Sequence record: MK250028.1
DNA length: 64,000 bases
Direction: 5' to 3' (one strand)
The position numbers were made by a program, and so were the translations under genes. The notes beneath the pieces were generated by a model. That model saw only the letters and a list, made by a program, of their open reading frames with translations. It was not told the origin of the DNA and ran no database searches. Below, in pieces: positions 8,374-19,674 of this stretch (position 1 is the stretch's first letter; each line of letters begins with the position of its first letter).

Positions 8374-10509
8374 TTATTCATATGTTTTAATTTCTATTCC
8401 TAATTTATTGGCTTTTTTCATTTTACTAGATGTCGAACATAAATCATCAGTAAATAAAATTTTACATTCATTCCATATAGTAGTTTCTTCATATTCTGGA
8501 TGTTCTTTTAGAAACTCTTTTTTTGTATTAAATCCAAAAGATTTTGGAGAACCAGTCATAATAATTTTAATTTTTTCAGAATTTTCATTACTAGAATTAC
8601 TATTTACTTTTGTTGTAATATCTATATTAAGTAAATTAACAACTTTCATAACTAAATTATATTCTTCACTATTTTTATCTAATGCCCAGTTATATGCAAT
8701 AGAACTAAATCCAAAAGTAGAATACTCTTCATTTCTAATAATTTTAGCACATAATGAAGATGCTCTATGTCCACATGATTTAAAGCAAAAACTTAATATA
8801 ATATCTTCTAATGTAATATGTTCTCTATATGTTTTTAAGTTATCTACAATATTTTTAATAGATTTACTTGTACCTAAATATTCTGTAATTAATTTTAATC
8901 TTTCATCTGACATTAAATATACAATATTACGTAAATCATGAATTTCATTATGAAGATTACTATCCCATAACATATTTGCAACAGCAGGTCCAATAGTGTT
9001 AATATTTAATGCAGTAGCAGAAGCTAAAAAATTATTTTTATTAAACTCATCATGAGATTTAAAAACTTTCATAAGATGCATAGTTCCAGATGATTCAGTT
9101 ACAACTTCTGTATCCTCAGGAATATTAATATTGTTTATTCCACTAGGCTTAATAATTTCATAAACAAATGGTATAATATCGCCAGCTAATGAAATTCTTA
9201 CTTCTGAACCAATACCACATTGTTTCTTGATAATATAATTATAATTATGTAATGATGCTTTCTTTAATTCTTTACCATCCAAGTATATAGGTTCAATAAT
9301 AGCTTTAGGAAAATATTCTCCTGTTTTTTTTACATTCCATTCAATATCTATAATTTTTGTAGTGTTAATCATAGGAATGAATTTCATGGCAACACAATCA
9401 AGAGGTCTTTCTCTATCTTCATTATATAATCTTGATGATGCAGAAGGTTTGAATACAATACCATCTAACGCATATTTAGAATTTTCATTTCTGAATTTTT
9501 CATATTCATCATAGATATGTTTTAAATCATCTCCTGATATATATCCATTATATGTATGACATTGACAGAAATGTAATTCAGGTAATTCGCCTATATATCC
9601 TAAATATGGTTGTAACATTTCATATGTAGGATCCGTAGGATTCATCCATGATAATTCTGTATATTTTTGTGTATCTTTATTATATATACGATAATCATAA
9701 CATACGAAATGTAAATCATTATCTATCAATAAATTTGGATCAATATCAGTTACTTTCCGACCAAGAAGACCTGCAACATATGATCTAGGATTTGTAAATT
9801 TATCAGCAAAATTTTCATTAAACACTGATATTGGTACCAATACTTCACCACGAATACATAAAATATCACCTGGTGTTAATATATTGTGACAACATTCATT
9901 TATTAATGTCCATGTATTAAGTTTAGGTAAAAACCAATGTTTAATATCTGTTCCATAATTACCGTCACCTCTTGTGGCACATGAAATTAATTCAACATTA
10001 TTATTTTTATCTAGTGTAAATTCTGTACTAAATGAACATCCATCTAATTTAGGTGTTGTCTCATAGGAAGTCGTATTATGTGATTTATTGATATACTTAT
10101 TTAACTCGTCTGCAAAATATTGCCAATTTACATTATTTGTTTCTTTATTTTCCTTAATTTGTACTTTTGATAAAGAACCCATTATAAAACTATGTTTAAT
10201 AGTATAATTCACATGTTTAGATGTATTTTTACTGCCAATATAGTTTTTATTTTCTAATCCTACAAATGATTCTAGTTCATCAAACATAGAATCATTAAGT
10301 ATTTCCCTTTGTGAATTATAATACGAATCCTTACATATACGAAGTAATTCCTTTATTTCATCAGTAGATAAATTATTTTTAATATCATCTATATTACTGT
10401 TAAATAAATTTGATTGTATACTTATATACATATCAGATGGATCCATACCTTTGAGTTCATATTGCTTTACTGCATATAACTCATTTTTTAATGTTGTATA
10501 ATTTGTCAT
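8374..10509 (-). CDS. ligA: NAD-dependent DNA ligase
   Basis: KLDG motif I, ATRGDGNYG, RGEV, DGIVFK, OB-fold ISLAGDIIP, HhH region, C-terminal BRCT-like domain. Confidence 0.95.
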   Translation of the reverse strand: MTNYTTLKNELYAVKQYELKGMDPSDMYISIQSNLFNSNIDDIKNNLSTDEIKELLRICKDSYYNSQREILNDSMFDELESFVGLENKNYIGSKNTSKHVNYTIKHSFIMGSLSKVQIKENKETNNVNWQYFADELNKYINKSHNTTSYETTPKLDGCSFSTEFTLDKNNNVELISCATRGDGNYGTDIKHWFLPKLNTWTLINECCHNILTPGDILCIRGEVLVPISVFNENFADKFTNPRSYVAGLLGRKVTDIDPNLLIDNDLHFVCYDYRIYNKDTQKYTELSWMNPTDPTYEMLQPYLGYIGELPELHFCQCHTYNGYISGDDLKHIYDEYEKFRNENSKYALDGIVFKPSASSRLYNEDRERPLDCVAMKFIPMINTTKIIDIEWNVKKTGEYFPKAIIEPIYLDGKELKKASLHNYNYIIKKQCGIGSEVRISLAGDIIPFVYEIIKPSGINNINIPEDTEVVTESSGTMHLMKVFKSHDEFNKNNFLASATALNINTIGPAVANMLWDSNLHNEIHDLRNIVYLMSDERLKLITEYLGTSKSIKNIVDNLKTYREHITLEDIILSFCFKSCGHRASSLCAKIIRNEEYSTFGFSSIAYNWALDKNSEEYNLVMKVVNLLNIDITTKVNSNSSNENSEKIKIIMTGSPKSFGFNTKKEFLKEHPEYEETTIWNECKILFTDDLCSTSSKMKKANKLGIEIKTYE

Positions 10510-10592
10510 ATTCTATATATAGTTTATCTAATTATTTTATAAAATAATAAGAAAAAAGTCTCATTAAATTTTTTATTTAGGAAATTAATATG

Positions 10593-10600
10593 TATCTTTG
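10593..10600 (+). promoter_or_regulatory. Bacteroidetes -7 box TATCTTTG
   Basis: ATATGTATCTTTGTATTGT upstream of 10646. Confidence 0.72.
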
Positions 10601-10645
10601 TATTGTTAATAAACAAATAAGTTGAACAATTAAAAATATAAGATT

Positions 10646-11035
10646 ATGTTATCATATACAGATTTACAATCAGATGAGTTTCTTTCAAAAGCAATTAAGA
10701 AGGCATATTTAGAGCAATTAGGTTCAGAAATTAAGGAAATGATTCAGACTATTGAATCACAACGTACAAAGATTCAACAGTTAGAAGGCAACCAGAAGGC
10801 ACTTGAACAAGAAATAGAAGCTCGTGATGCACAACTTAATACTCCAGAACATAAGGTCGCACTTGCAATTAAGGAAATGATGCATGCAGAAGCTTTAGGT
10901 ACTGTTGTAACAGAAACACCTTCTATCGTACGTTCACAAGTTACAAAGCATCTTGCTATCGATATAGATACCTGTGGATATTATGAGGATGGAGCAAAGC
11001 GATATGATTCAGACGCAACTGTTGAATGGCGTTAA
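10646..11035 (+). CDS. coiled-coil hypothetical protein
   Basis: 129-aa ORF with heptad pattern. Confidence 0.75.
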   Translation: MLSYTDLQSDEFLSKAIKKAYLEQLGSEIKEMIQTIESQRTKIQQLEGNQKALEQEIEARDAQLNTPEHKVALAIKEMMHAEALGTVVTETPSIVRSQVTKHLAIDIDTCGYYEDGAKRYDSDATVEWR

Positions 11036-11121
11036 ATATCTAAATTATATTAAGAGATAGATAATAAACAAACTTTATCTATCTCTTTTACTATAATAAT
11101 AAATGATATTGATCTATACAG

Positions 11122-11742
11122 ATGAAAGTTTATATAGATGTTTACTATTATACAGATAATAAAACTAGTAAAGAGTATGCTCATACAGTAGCGGGACTTT
11201 TTAAAGATTATACTGATTTAGATTTTGAAAAAGTAATAGTAACAAGAACAGATAATATAGCAGAATATGAACCAGGTAATTTTTATAAGAGAGAATTACC
11301 ACCTATTATTGATGTATTAAAAGAAATTAAAAAACAAGGATATAAACTTGATACAATAATAGTTGATGGATATGTTCATATGTGTGAAGACGATGGTANN
11401 NNNNNNNNNNNNNNNNNNNNNNCAAGACTAAAAGATTATTTATTGGATAATAATATAGATATACCTATTATTGGAATTGCAAAGCATCCTTATAAATGGA
11501 TGTATAAAGATACGTATTTTAAATATGATAACAATATAATAAAATATGAAACTTTTGATAAATCTTTGAAATTACCAAAGAAAAATATGTATATAACATT
11601 TTCTTTGGAATATAAAGATGATGTTAAATTACAAATAGTAAAGGAAATTTATGCAATGAAGAAAGTTCAACGTGATGCTAAATTTAGTTTACTGTTTACA
11701 AAAATTGATCAAATAACAAAAGAGTATAAACATGATAGTTGA
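11122..11742 (+). CDS. nfi: endonuclease V family protein
   Basis: motifs YIDVYY, YEPGNFYKRELP, IIVDGYV, IIGIAK; contains an N gap. Confidence 0.85.
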   Translation: MKVYIDVYYYTDNKTSKEYAHTVAGLFKDYTDLDFEKVIVTRTDNIAEYEPGNFYKRELPPIIDVLKEIKKQGYKLDTIIVDGYVHMCEDDGXXXXXXXXXRLKDYLLDNNIDIPIIGIAKHPYKWMYKDTYFKYDNNIIKYETFDKSLKLPKKNMYITFSLEYKDDVKLQIVKEIYAMKKVQRDAKFSLLFTKIDQITKEYKHDS

Positions 11743-12196
11743 TTTTAAAACATTTATATATGCCGGTTTCTTTGTATCAGATGATGATAAGTAGAAACTT
11801 GAAATTGCATTTTGTGAGAATGTAGAAAATGGTGCTTCATATCTACAAGATTGGAAAGTGTATATTGATCACNNNNNNNNNNNNNNNNNNNNNNNNNNNN
11901 NNNNNNNNNNNNNNNNNNNNNNTATCATTAATTATTTGAAGGATACTCCGCCTGATACACATATGTATTTAACGGTAGATGGAATTGGTAGATATGAAAA
12001 TGTATTTGCGTTTAGAATTAAGAAAACAGAAGTAGTATCTATGTTGATTAAGAATAAACAACCACATATTACATGTGTATTAAATCCTGATACAAATAAA
12101 CCTGTTGATAGTAATAAGATTTGTAACTGGATTGATATTAATCCTATTAAGATAGATACAGTTTGTAAGATTTTTAACAAGAAGAAAAAGAAATAA
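11732..12196 (+). CDS. putative 2H phosphoesterase
   Basis: ATG at 11732 is in frame with the 11858 ORF through one TAG (11792); C-terminal PHIT...KPVDSNKICNW; first His (YIDH) runs into an N gap. Confidence 0.55.
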
Positions 12197-12198
12197 TT

Positions 12199-12921
12199 AT
12201 GAATACTTATGATTTTACAGATCCATTTGATTATGAAGAATATATGAAATTATTGAATAATTTCTTAGGTCCATCAGTTGAAGAGAAAAATAATATTATA
12301 TGTAATTCTCATTTTACACTACACCCAGTTAATTCTGATACTTATAATAAGTTTAAGGAATATCTTGAATATGAATATGATAAGAATACTTGTTTTTTTA
12401 TGCATATTTGTATTGATGGAAAAATTATAAATGATTCTGTTTATTTTTGTAGATTCGATTCTTATGATTATTTATATTCAAAGATAAAGGATTATAATAA
12501 GAAGAAACATTATTTTGAATTTTTCACTAAATGTGATATAGCGTCATATACAAAAGAAGAAGTTGATAAGTATAATGATGAATATGAGCGTTATCATTAT
12601 AGAGGAAAAAAACGAAAGGTTGGTGAGAAATATTTAAAGAAAACAGATGTTATTGTTAATCTTAAATCAGGTAAAGAAGTATCGTTTATTGAAATACCTA
12701 AGTATAATAGAGGATATATTGTATATGAGAAATATTATTCACCAAATGGTGAATATAAAATTATTTCTTTAGAAACAGGTAGAATAATTGAATATGATTA
12801 TGGTGATAAAATTGAAACAGATAATCATGTAATATTTAAAGCGAAACGTAATGATTATAATGATCCTGTTAAAGCTATAGTTCTAGATAAAAGTACAGGT
12901 GATTTTATTTATATTGATTAA
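12199..12921 (+). CDS. hypothetical protein
   Basis: 240-aa ORF. Confidence 0.7.
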   Translation: MNTYDFTDPFDYEEYMKLLNNFLGPSVEEKNNIICNSHFTLHPVNSDTYNKFKEYLEYEYDKNTCFFMHICIDGKIINDSVYFCRFDSYDYLYSKIKDYNKKKHYFEFFTKCDIASYTKEEVDKYNDEYERYHYRGKKRKVGEKYLKKTDVIVNLKSGKEVSFIEIPKYNRGYIVYEKYYSPNGEYKIISLETGRIIEYDYGDKIETDNHVIFKAKRNDYNDPVKAIVLDKSTGDFIYID

Positions 12922-12935
12922 ATTATAATAAAATT

Positions 12936-13424
12936 ATGTTAGTATTTCATGGTAGTTCACAACGAATAGATTATATTGATATAGATAAATGTCATTTAGG
13001 TTGGCATTGCGGAAATATTTGTCAAGCAATAGATATTACAGACCCTAAAAGACATAATGATAAATTTGATTGGGAAACTACATATATTTATGTATCTGAT
13101 ATATATCCAACGCATGATAATACAATTTATATAGAAGATAAATTTAGATATTCTGATAATTTTTTAGATGATATTATTACAGAACTATCAAATAAGTTAA
13201 TATCAGAATTTCCTAATATATCATTAAATGATTTATATACATGTGAGTCTGAAAGAGATGTTAGAGACTTCTTACTTTATAATAATATAAAATATATTGC
13301 ATATGAAAATTTAATAGAAAGTAGAGGATTNNNNNNNNNNNNNNNNNNNNNNGGTGAAATAGATAATATACAAGAATATACATTTTATGATTTTTTAACA
13401 ATAAATTTAAATGCTAAAATTTAA
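12936..13424 (+). CDS. putative ADP-ribosyltransferase-fold protein
   Basis: N-terminal VFHGS, GWHCGxxxQA and YENxxExxG resemble H-type ART-like phage proteins; N gap. Confidence 0.4.
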   Translation: MLVFHGSSQRIDYIDIDKCHLGWHCGNICQAIDITDPKRHNDKFDWETTYIYVSDIYPTHDNTIYIEDKFRYSDNFLDDIITELSNKLISEFPNISLNDLYTCESERDVRDFLLYNNIKYIAYENLIESRGXXXXXXXXGEIDNIQEYTFYDFLTINLNAKI

Positions 13425-13641
13425 GAAACAACATAAACATTTCTTTATAACTAAATATAAATCTATGTTTTGTATAGAAGATATTATAAAAATAGCTCGT
13501 TATGATGATAATTGTACAGGAGGAAAAATATATAAAGCAAGATTAAATGGAATAAATGAAGATTATGATTTTAATATTGATCCAGATGATCAAGAACGAT
13601 TAGTAAAATATATTAAGCAGTTAGGATATGATAAAATTTAA
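13411..13641 (+). CDS. hypothetical protein
   Basis: 76-aa ORF. Confidence 0.6.
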   Translation: MLKFKKQHKHFFITKYKSMFCIEDIIKIARYDDNCTGGKIYKARLNGINEDYDFNIDPDDQERLVKYIKQLGYDKI

Positions 13642-14290
13642 TTTTGATAATAAAGGAGTTTCTATTAGTTCTAAAGATATGAAGGAATTTCAGGAGAATG
13701 TAATGACAGTAGAAGATATTGTTAATAGACTTTTGAAGTTTTATTCAAAGGATAAGACATATATGGGTGAACAGAAACAAATGCTTNNNNNNNNNNNNNN
13801 NNNNNNNNNNNNNNNNNNNNNNNNNNNNNNNNNNNNNNNNNNNNNNNNNNNNNNNNNNNNNNNNNNNNNAGCAGATAATAAATTGCATAAACTTATTATG
13901 TGGCGTGATGATAACAGTCTTCATAATTTTGCAATGTGGATTAAGAATGAAGATATGCTTGGAGGTAAGCTTGTGAAGATTTATCCAGAAGATGATGATA
14001 TTTTTACAAAGAATCAAATGGAAGGTGCAATGTATCTTGCAGAAATTAATAAGATACCATATTTTGAAGGATGTGATGAACATGCGGATAATTATGTATA
14101 TCAAACAAAGTTGAAGGAACTTGATGATGAAATTGAAAATATCAAGAATCAACGAACATCTTGTAAGAACGAAATGAAATCTATTCAAGATAGATATGCT
14201 GAACTTCTTACATATTATGCAAAGATGAAAGTAAAGCAAGTTAAATTGCAAATTGAAAGAGAAACATTAGTTAATAAACATAAGAAGTAA
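13628..14290 (+). CDS. hypothetical protein with C-terminal coiled coil
   Basis: frame is preserved across an N gap. Confidence 0.65.
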   Translation: MIKFNFDNKGVSISSKDMKEFQENVMTVEDIVNRLLKFYSKDKTYMGEQKQMLXXXXXXXXXXXXXXXXXXXXXXXXXXXXADNKLHKLIMWRDDNSLHNFAMWIKNEDMLGGKLVKIYPEDDDIFTKNQMEGAMYLAEINKIPYFEGCDEHADNYVYQTKLKELDDEIENIKNQRTSCKNEMKSIQDRYAELLTYYAKMKVKQVKLQIERETLVNKHKK

Positions 14291-14991
14291 TAGAANNNNN
14301 NNNNNNNNNNNNNNNNNNNNNNNNNNNNNNNNNNNNNNNNNNNNNNNNNNNNNNNNNNNNNNNNNNNNNNNNNNNNNNNNNNNNNNNNNNNNNNNNNNNN
14401 NNNNNNNNNNNNNNNNNNNNNNNNNNNNNNNNNNNNNNNNNNNNNNNNNNNNNNNNNNNNNNNNNNNNNNNNNNNNNNNNNNNNNNNNNNNNNNNNNNNN
14501 NNNNNNNNNNNNNNNNNNNNNNNNNNNNNNNNNNNNNNNNNNNNNNNNNNNNNNNNNNNNNNNNNNNNNNNNNNNNNNNNNNNNNNNNNNNNNNNNNNNN
14601 NNNNNNNNNNNNNNNNNNNNNNNNNNNNNNNNNNNNNNNNNNNNNNNNNNNNNNNNNNNNNNNNNNNNNNNNNNNNNNNNNNNNNNNNNNNNNNNNNNNN
14701 NNNNNNNNNNNNNNNNNNNNNNNNNNNNNNNNNNNNNNNNNNNNNNNNNNNNNNNNNNNNNNNNNNNNNNNNNNNNNNNNNNNNNNNNNNNNNNNNNNNN
14801 NNNNNNNNNNNNNNNNNNNNNNNNNNNNNNNNNNNNNNNNNNNNNNNNNNNNNNNNNNNNNNNNNNNNNNNNNNNNNNNNNNNNNNNNNNNNNNNNNNNN
14901 NNNNNNNNNNNNNNNNNNNNNNNNNNNNNNNNNNNNNNNNNNNNNNNNNNNNNNNNNNNNNNNNNNNNNNNNNNNNNNNNNNNNNNNNNNC

Positions 14992-15222
14992 GAAAGAGAA
15001 CAAGCGTCTTATTCTTCTATTATTAATAATAGTCTTAATCAGACAATGAAGAAGATGACAATTATAACCATATGTTTAATGGTCGCAGCACTTATTCCAG
15101 GATTTTATGGAATGAATTTAAATAATGGAATAGAAACATGGACATATGGATTTCCTTTTGCTGTTTGTTTAACAGGAATATGTGCAGGAATATCTTATTT
15201 TTTATGTAAACTATTTAAGTAA
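14992..15222 (+). CDS. corA: CorA-family Mg2+/Co2+ transporter, C-terminal part (5' portion hidden in N gap 14296-14990)
   Basis: translates EREQASYSSIINNSLNQTMKKMTIITICLMVAALIPGFYGMNLNNGIETWTYGFPFAVCLTGICAGISYFLCKLFK*: GMN signature between two TM helices. Confidence 0.85.
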   Translation, partial: EREQASYSSIINNSLNQTMKKMTIITICLMVAALIPGFYGMNLNNGIETWTYGFPFAVCLTGICAGISYFLCKLFK

Positions 15223-15236
15223 ATATATATATAAAT

Positions 15237-15437
15237 ATGAGTATATGTTTTAGAAATATAGATAAATGTAAATATTCAAAAGAAGAAATAAAACTTCGTA
15301 TTATTGAAAATCTTATAGAAAATAGGTTTAAAAATTACAGTAATAAAGAGTTGAAAGATTCTATGTATGGTACTAATAACGTTTTCCCAAGATTTAATGA
15401 AATTTATAATTGGATTTGTGAACATGTATTTGAATAA
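15237..15437 (+). CDS. hypothetical protein
   Basis: 66-aa ORF. Confidence 0.55.
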   Translation: MSICFRNIDKCKYSKEEIKLRIIENLIENRFKNYSNKELKDSMYGTNNVFPRFNEIYNWICEHVFE

Positions 15438-15441
15438 TGAT

Positions 15442-15642
15442 ATGATACGATTTAAAAATAAAGATAATAATATAAAACATGAATTAACAAATGAAGAGAT
15501 AAATCTTAAAATTCATGAATTAGTATTAAAAACTATTACTGCAAAAAGAACTTATCTTTCTGATATATGTACAGATATGTCAAAAGAAGATGGATATTAT
15601 AAAAAAATGGTATCTATTATAAAAGAACATATACATGATTAA
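15442..15642 (+). CDS. hypothetical protein
   Basis: probable start ATG 15442 within the longer listed ORF. Confidence 0.5.
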   Translation: MIRFKNKDNNIKHELTNEEINLKIHELVLKTITAKRTYLSDICTDMSKEDGYYKKMVSIIKEHIHD

Positions 15643-15923
15643 GTTATTATATAAATTAAAAATAAACAAAATATTAAAATAAAAGATAATATTTAAATAA
15701 TAAAATTAAATAAATAAAAGTATGTTGATTGGTTCATGTGTATTATCTNNNNNNNNNNNNNNNNNNNNNNNNNNNNNNNNNNNNNNNNNNNNNNNNNNNN
15801 NNNNNNNNNNNNNNNNNNNNNNNNNNNNNNNNNNNNNNNNNNNNNNNNNTATCGTCTATATTATTATTGGACAAAAGAGTGTAAAAGTTAATTATTGATT
15901 CACATTTAAATAATAATAGAAAA

Positions 15924-16409
15924 ATGGAAAATAATAAACAAGAGGTTAATGAGATTATTGAGAAGTATGATATTCTTATCAAAAATGCAATGAAGGCGCG
16001 TGAGAAAGAAAAACTTAATACTTATAAGTTGGTTAAGGCTCGTCTTCTTGAGTATAAAACAGGTGATAAGGATAAAAATGATAATTATCCAGTATTGGAT
16101 GAAAAATCTGAAATGCAGATTCTTAATAAGATGGTAAAGGAACTTCAAGGTGATATTGAGATTCGACAGAAAACAAATAGTCATTTGGATGAAGTTGAGG
16201 AATTTACGCATCAGATGAACTATATTAAGGATNNNNNNNNNNNNNNNNNNNNNNNNNNNNNNNNNNNTTCAGTAATTGATAAGTATATTTCTGATAATGG
16301 AAATTATTCTCAAAAAGAAATGGGTAAGGTTATCGGTTTTGTTCGTTCATCATTTAAAGCAGTTGATGGTGGAATGGTTGCAAAACTTGTTAAAGCAAAG
16401 ATGTTTTAA
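15924..16409 (+). CDS. GatB/YqeY domain protein
   Basis: AMKAREKEKL..YKLVKA at the N-terminus and MGKVIG...VDGGMVAKLVKAKM at the C-terminus. Confidence 0.85.
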   Translation: MENNKQEVNEIIEKYDILIKNAMKAREKEKLNTYKLVKARLLEYKTGDKDKNDNYPVLDEKSEMQILNKMVKELQGDIEIRQKTNSHLDEVEEFTHQMNYIKDXXXXXXXXXXXXSVIDKYISDNGNYSQKEMGKVIGFVRSSFKAVDGGMVAKLVKAKMF

Positions 16410-16515
16410 ATAATAACTAAATAAATTATAAAGTGGGTATATTCATGTATATGAAATATATCCGCTTTTTCTATATTTAATAAAATAAATATTAAAAATA
16501 TGTATATAATAAAGA

Positions 16516-17253
16516 ATGACTAGATCTGAATTTATTGAATGGTTAAAATCAGAAATAACAATGAGTAATACTATAAATATTTCTTTATCGGACCGTGAAT
16601 ATGAAAGACTTGTAGATAGAGAACTAAGAATGGTTTATGAATTGGATAATGATAGCGTGCGTTATGATAAATATATAATCCCACGAGATGTATTTTATTC
16701 TCAAGAATTTAGGAAAACTAGAACTATAAAATTTCCTGATTGCGTTTTATCTGTAGTTAAATTGGAAGAGATGAAAAGGAGAAATTATATGTATGGTGTG
16801 AACGACCCAGATCTATCATGGAACCGTATGTTTTAGACAGATATGTGGATGGGTCCGTAGATGGCGATGGACACTGTGATGTTTAGGACTATATAGTGGT
16901 CTAATTGGGATTAGTTAAAATAGTTTAATTTAGTTGATATAAAGCATAAGTGGAATAGACTTACACATTAGTTATTTGTGATGGGACATGATCCATATAA
17001 TGATGTTTATTGTGAAGTAGCTGTAAAGGTAGATGAACAGGAATTATTTGAAGATCCTTGGGTAAGACAATGGATTGCAGCTAAATGTAAGTTATAGGTT
17101 GTGAAAAAATTAGGAACATTTACAGTGACTGCAATTGGAGGTGTAACTGTAAATACAGGAACATATTCAGAAGAAGCAAATAATGATATAAATGATTGTA
17201 AAGAATATTGGACTAATTTACGTCAAGCAGATTTTTTCGAAACAGGTTGGTAA
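16516..17253 (+). CDS. neck protein, T4 gp13-like (TAG=Gln)
   Basis: continuous through TAGs to TAA 17251; C-terminal WVRQWIAAKCKLQ...GGVTVN...EEA matches the gp13 pattern. Confidence 0.75.
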
Positions 17254-17380
17254 TTAAAGAATTGGTTATTAATAAGTTAAGATATGTTAATAGAGAATGT
17301 AATATTTTGTAATTTATGAATATTGCATTCTCTATTTTTATAAAATAAATAATGTAAAATTAAGAATAATTTTAGTTAAT

Positions 17381-18805
17381 ATGGGATATAAAAGATACGG
17401 ATCAAGTATATCTATACCACAATTTGAAGAAGAAGAAGGAGAAGCAGTAAGTAGTGAATTAAGTTAGCGTTCACCTAGTAAAACTATATATTTTGGTATT
17501 AAAAAACCAAAAACTGATTCTGATTCAAATAGGTCTTGGCGAGAATTAACTAGTGCAGATTTTAATATATAGATTACAAGTGATACTACTGGATGTAGTG
17601 CAACAATAAAAAAAAATACAACTGATACTACAAATAAAACAGGTATTATTACTTATACATTATCTAAAAACTCTACGGGAAGTTAGAGACTTATAACATT
17701 TAAATATAAAGATACCGAATTATTTAAAATATTGTAGGATCCTGCGGAAGAAGATAATAATATATATGTATATTTAAGATATTGGGTATTTTTTAAAACA
17801 CCTTATTCCAATATTATAACATCAACAAATAATGATACAACTTTATATAGATTTTCATTAGGTATTGATTCAGAAGATCCTGATGCATATATAAGTTATG
17901 AAACATGGAAAGATACAGGTAATATAATATATCATGTAACTAATAATAAAGATTTAACAAGTATATTTAATGCAACGACTTCAATAAAAAAATTAGTAGA
18001 TAATGGGACATTAACATACATAGGAGGGAAAAATTTTGATAATAATACTATATCAAGTATTATAAAATTTCCAATAAAAATGTATAAAAATGAAAATACA
18101 CTTGTTCCTGTTAATGATAATAGTACTGTATATATATACTATGGTGGTTTTGAAGCGACAGTTAACGCAAATGATTATGTATATAGTAATGATAGTTTAC
18201 ATAGTATTATAAATTGGGGAAATGTTATAGATGGTGATGTAACATCTATTGGAAAGTATAAATATAATTCTGAAACTACTACAACATATACCGTTACATG
18301 GAATCTTAATAGTGGAACTATAAATGGAAATACTAGTAATCCTAAATAGGTAGGAATTACATCAGGTTCAACAGTATCTTTTGTAAATTATATACCACAA
18401 CGTACTGGTTATACTTTTGAAGGATGGGCAGAAACAAGCACAGCAACTTCTGGTAAAAAAACTGGTAATTCCGAACCTATAACATCAAATAAAACATTTT
18501 ATGCTATATGGAAAGTAACTACAAAAAATGTAATATTTAGTATTGGTTCTTCAACAAATTATATTACAATTACTTGGTCTGAACCAGGTTTACCCGATAC
18601 ATCTTTTACAATACAAGTAAAAGATGTTACAATTAGTAGTACATATGTAGTAACTATACCAGGAAATATACAAAATAACAGTTATAAAACAAACATAGCA
18701 TCTATTTCAGGTCATTCATATGGGTTAGTTAGTTGTTCACCTACAACATATAATAATGTTAATTATAGTGTATTTACTGGTTTAACATTAATAAATGGGT
18801 AGTAA
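17381..18805 (+). CDS. virion/adhesin-like protein with BACON-like domain and Listeria-Bacteroides (InlB B) repeat (TAG=Gln)
   Basis: open under code 15 to TAA 18803; YTVTWNLNSG...PQRTGYTFEGWAE...KTFYAIWK. Confidence 0.7.
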
Positions 18806-18922
18806 ATATTTTAATTCGTTATTCAAATCTAATTTTGCGTAACGAATTTTTTATTTATGTATATTAATACATAGGATTTTATATGTCTGTATAGATATTG
18901 AAATAATAAATTTCATCATTTT

Positions 18923-19615
18923 ATGTCAACATATAAAAAATATACATCATCCATAAATGCAAATATTTCTTCATCTGCTCATACAAATGAAGAATTTAAA
19001 TGGTATGTAGGTTCTTCAACATAGTCTACTGTTTATTTCGGCATGGAAGATAATGATAATAACTTTACAGGTAAATTATCAAATTCATCATATACATTAT
19101 CATCAGATGTATCCGGATGTTCTGCAACAGTATCAAATATAGATTCAACAAAAACTGCAGGAATAATATATTTAAATATACCAGCAAATACAAGTACAAC
19201 TAACAGAACAATCGTATTTAAATATAATACAGTTTCATTATTTACAATAATATAGTCAGGTAGCACAACTTCTGTAATTACTATAACATTTAGTATTGGT
19301 GGTTTTTAGGGAAATAATAAAGTTATAATTCACTGGACTGGAACTAATTTTTCATCAGATGGAACTACTGTAAGTTGTGGAATTAATGATAGTACGCCGA
19401 ATTCAGATGGTTCATATAATGCACAATTTACTATAACTATACCGTCAGGATATGGACAATCATATGCAACATGTGTTGGTGGATATGTATATAAAGGACA
19501 TAAATATTTTTTAATTGAACCATGTACACCATCATCATATGGTAATTATAGATTTAAATGTAATACTACAGAAGTTACTTATACAGATCGTATGACGGGT
19601 ACTATAACTACGTAA
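18923..19615 (+). CDS. BACON-like Ig-fold protein, paralog (TAG=Gln)
   Basis: SDVSGCSATV...ANTSTTNRTIVFKYNTVSLFTIIQ shared with 17381. Confidence 0.65.
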
Positions 19616-19674
19616 AGTGAGATATTGTATTTTCTAATTGAGTGTAGATATAAAAATTATTTTTTAATATTTTT

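Noticed and set aside
8408-8941. Plus-strand ORF inside ligA, and similar antisense ORFs over other genes
   Set aside because: They fully overlap well-supported genes on the other strand and have no motifs of their own
14215-15003. 262-aa minus-strand ORF
   Set aside because: Artefact of the N run; the real signal is the plus-strand CorA C-terminus
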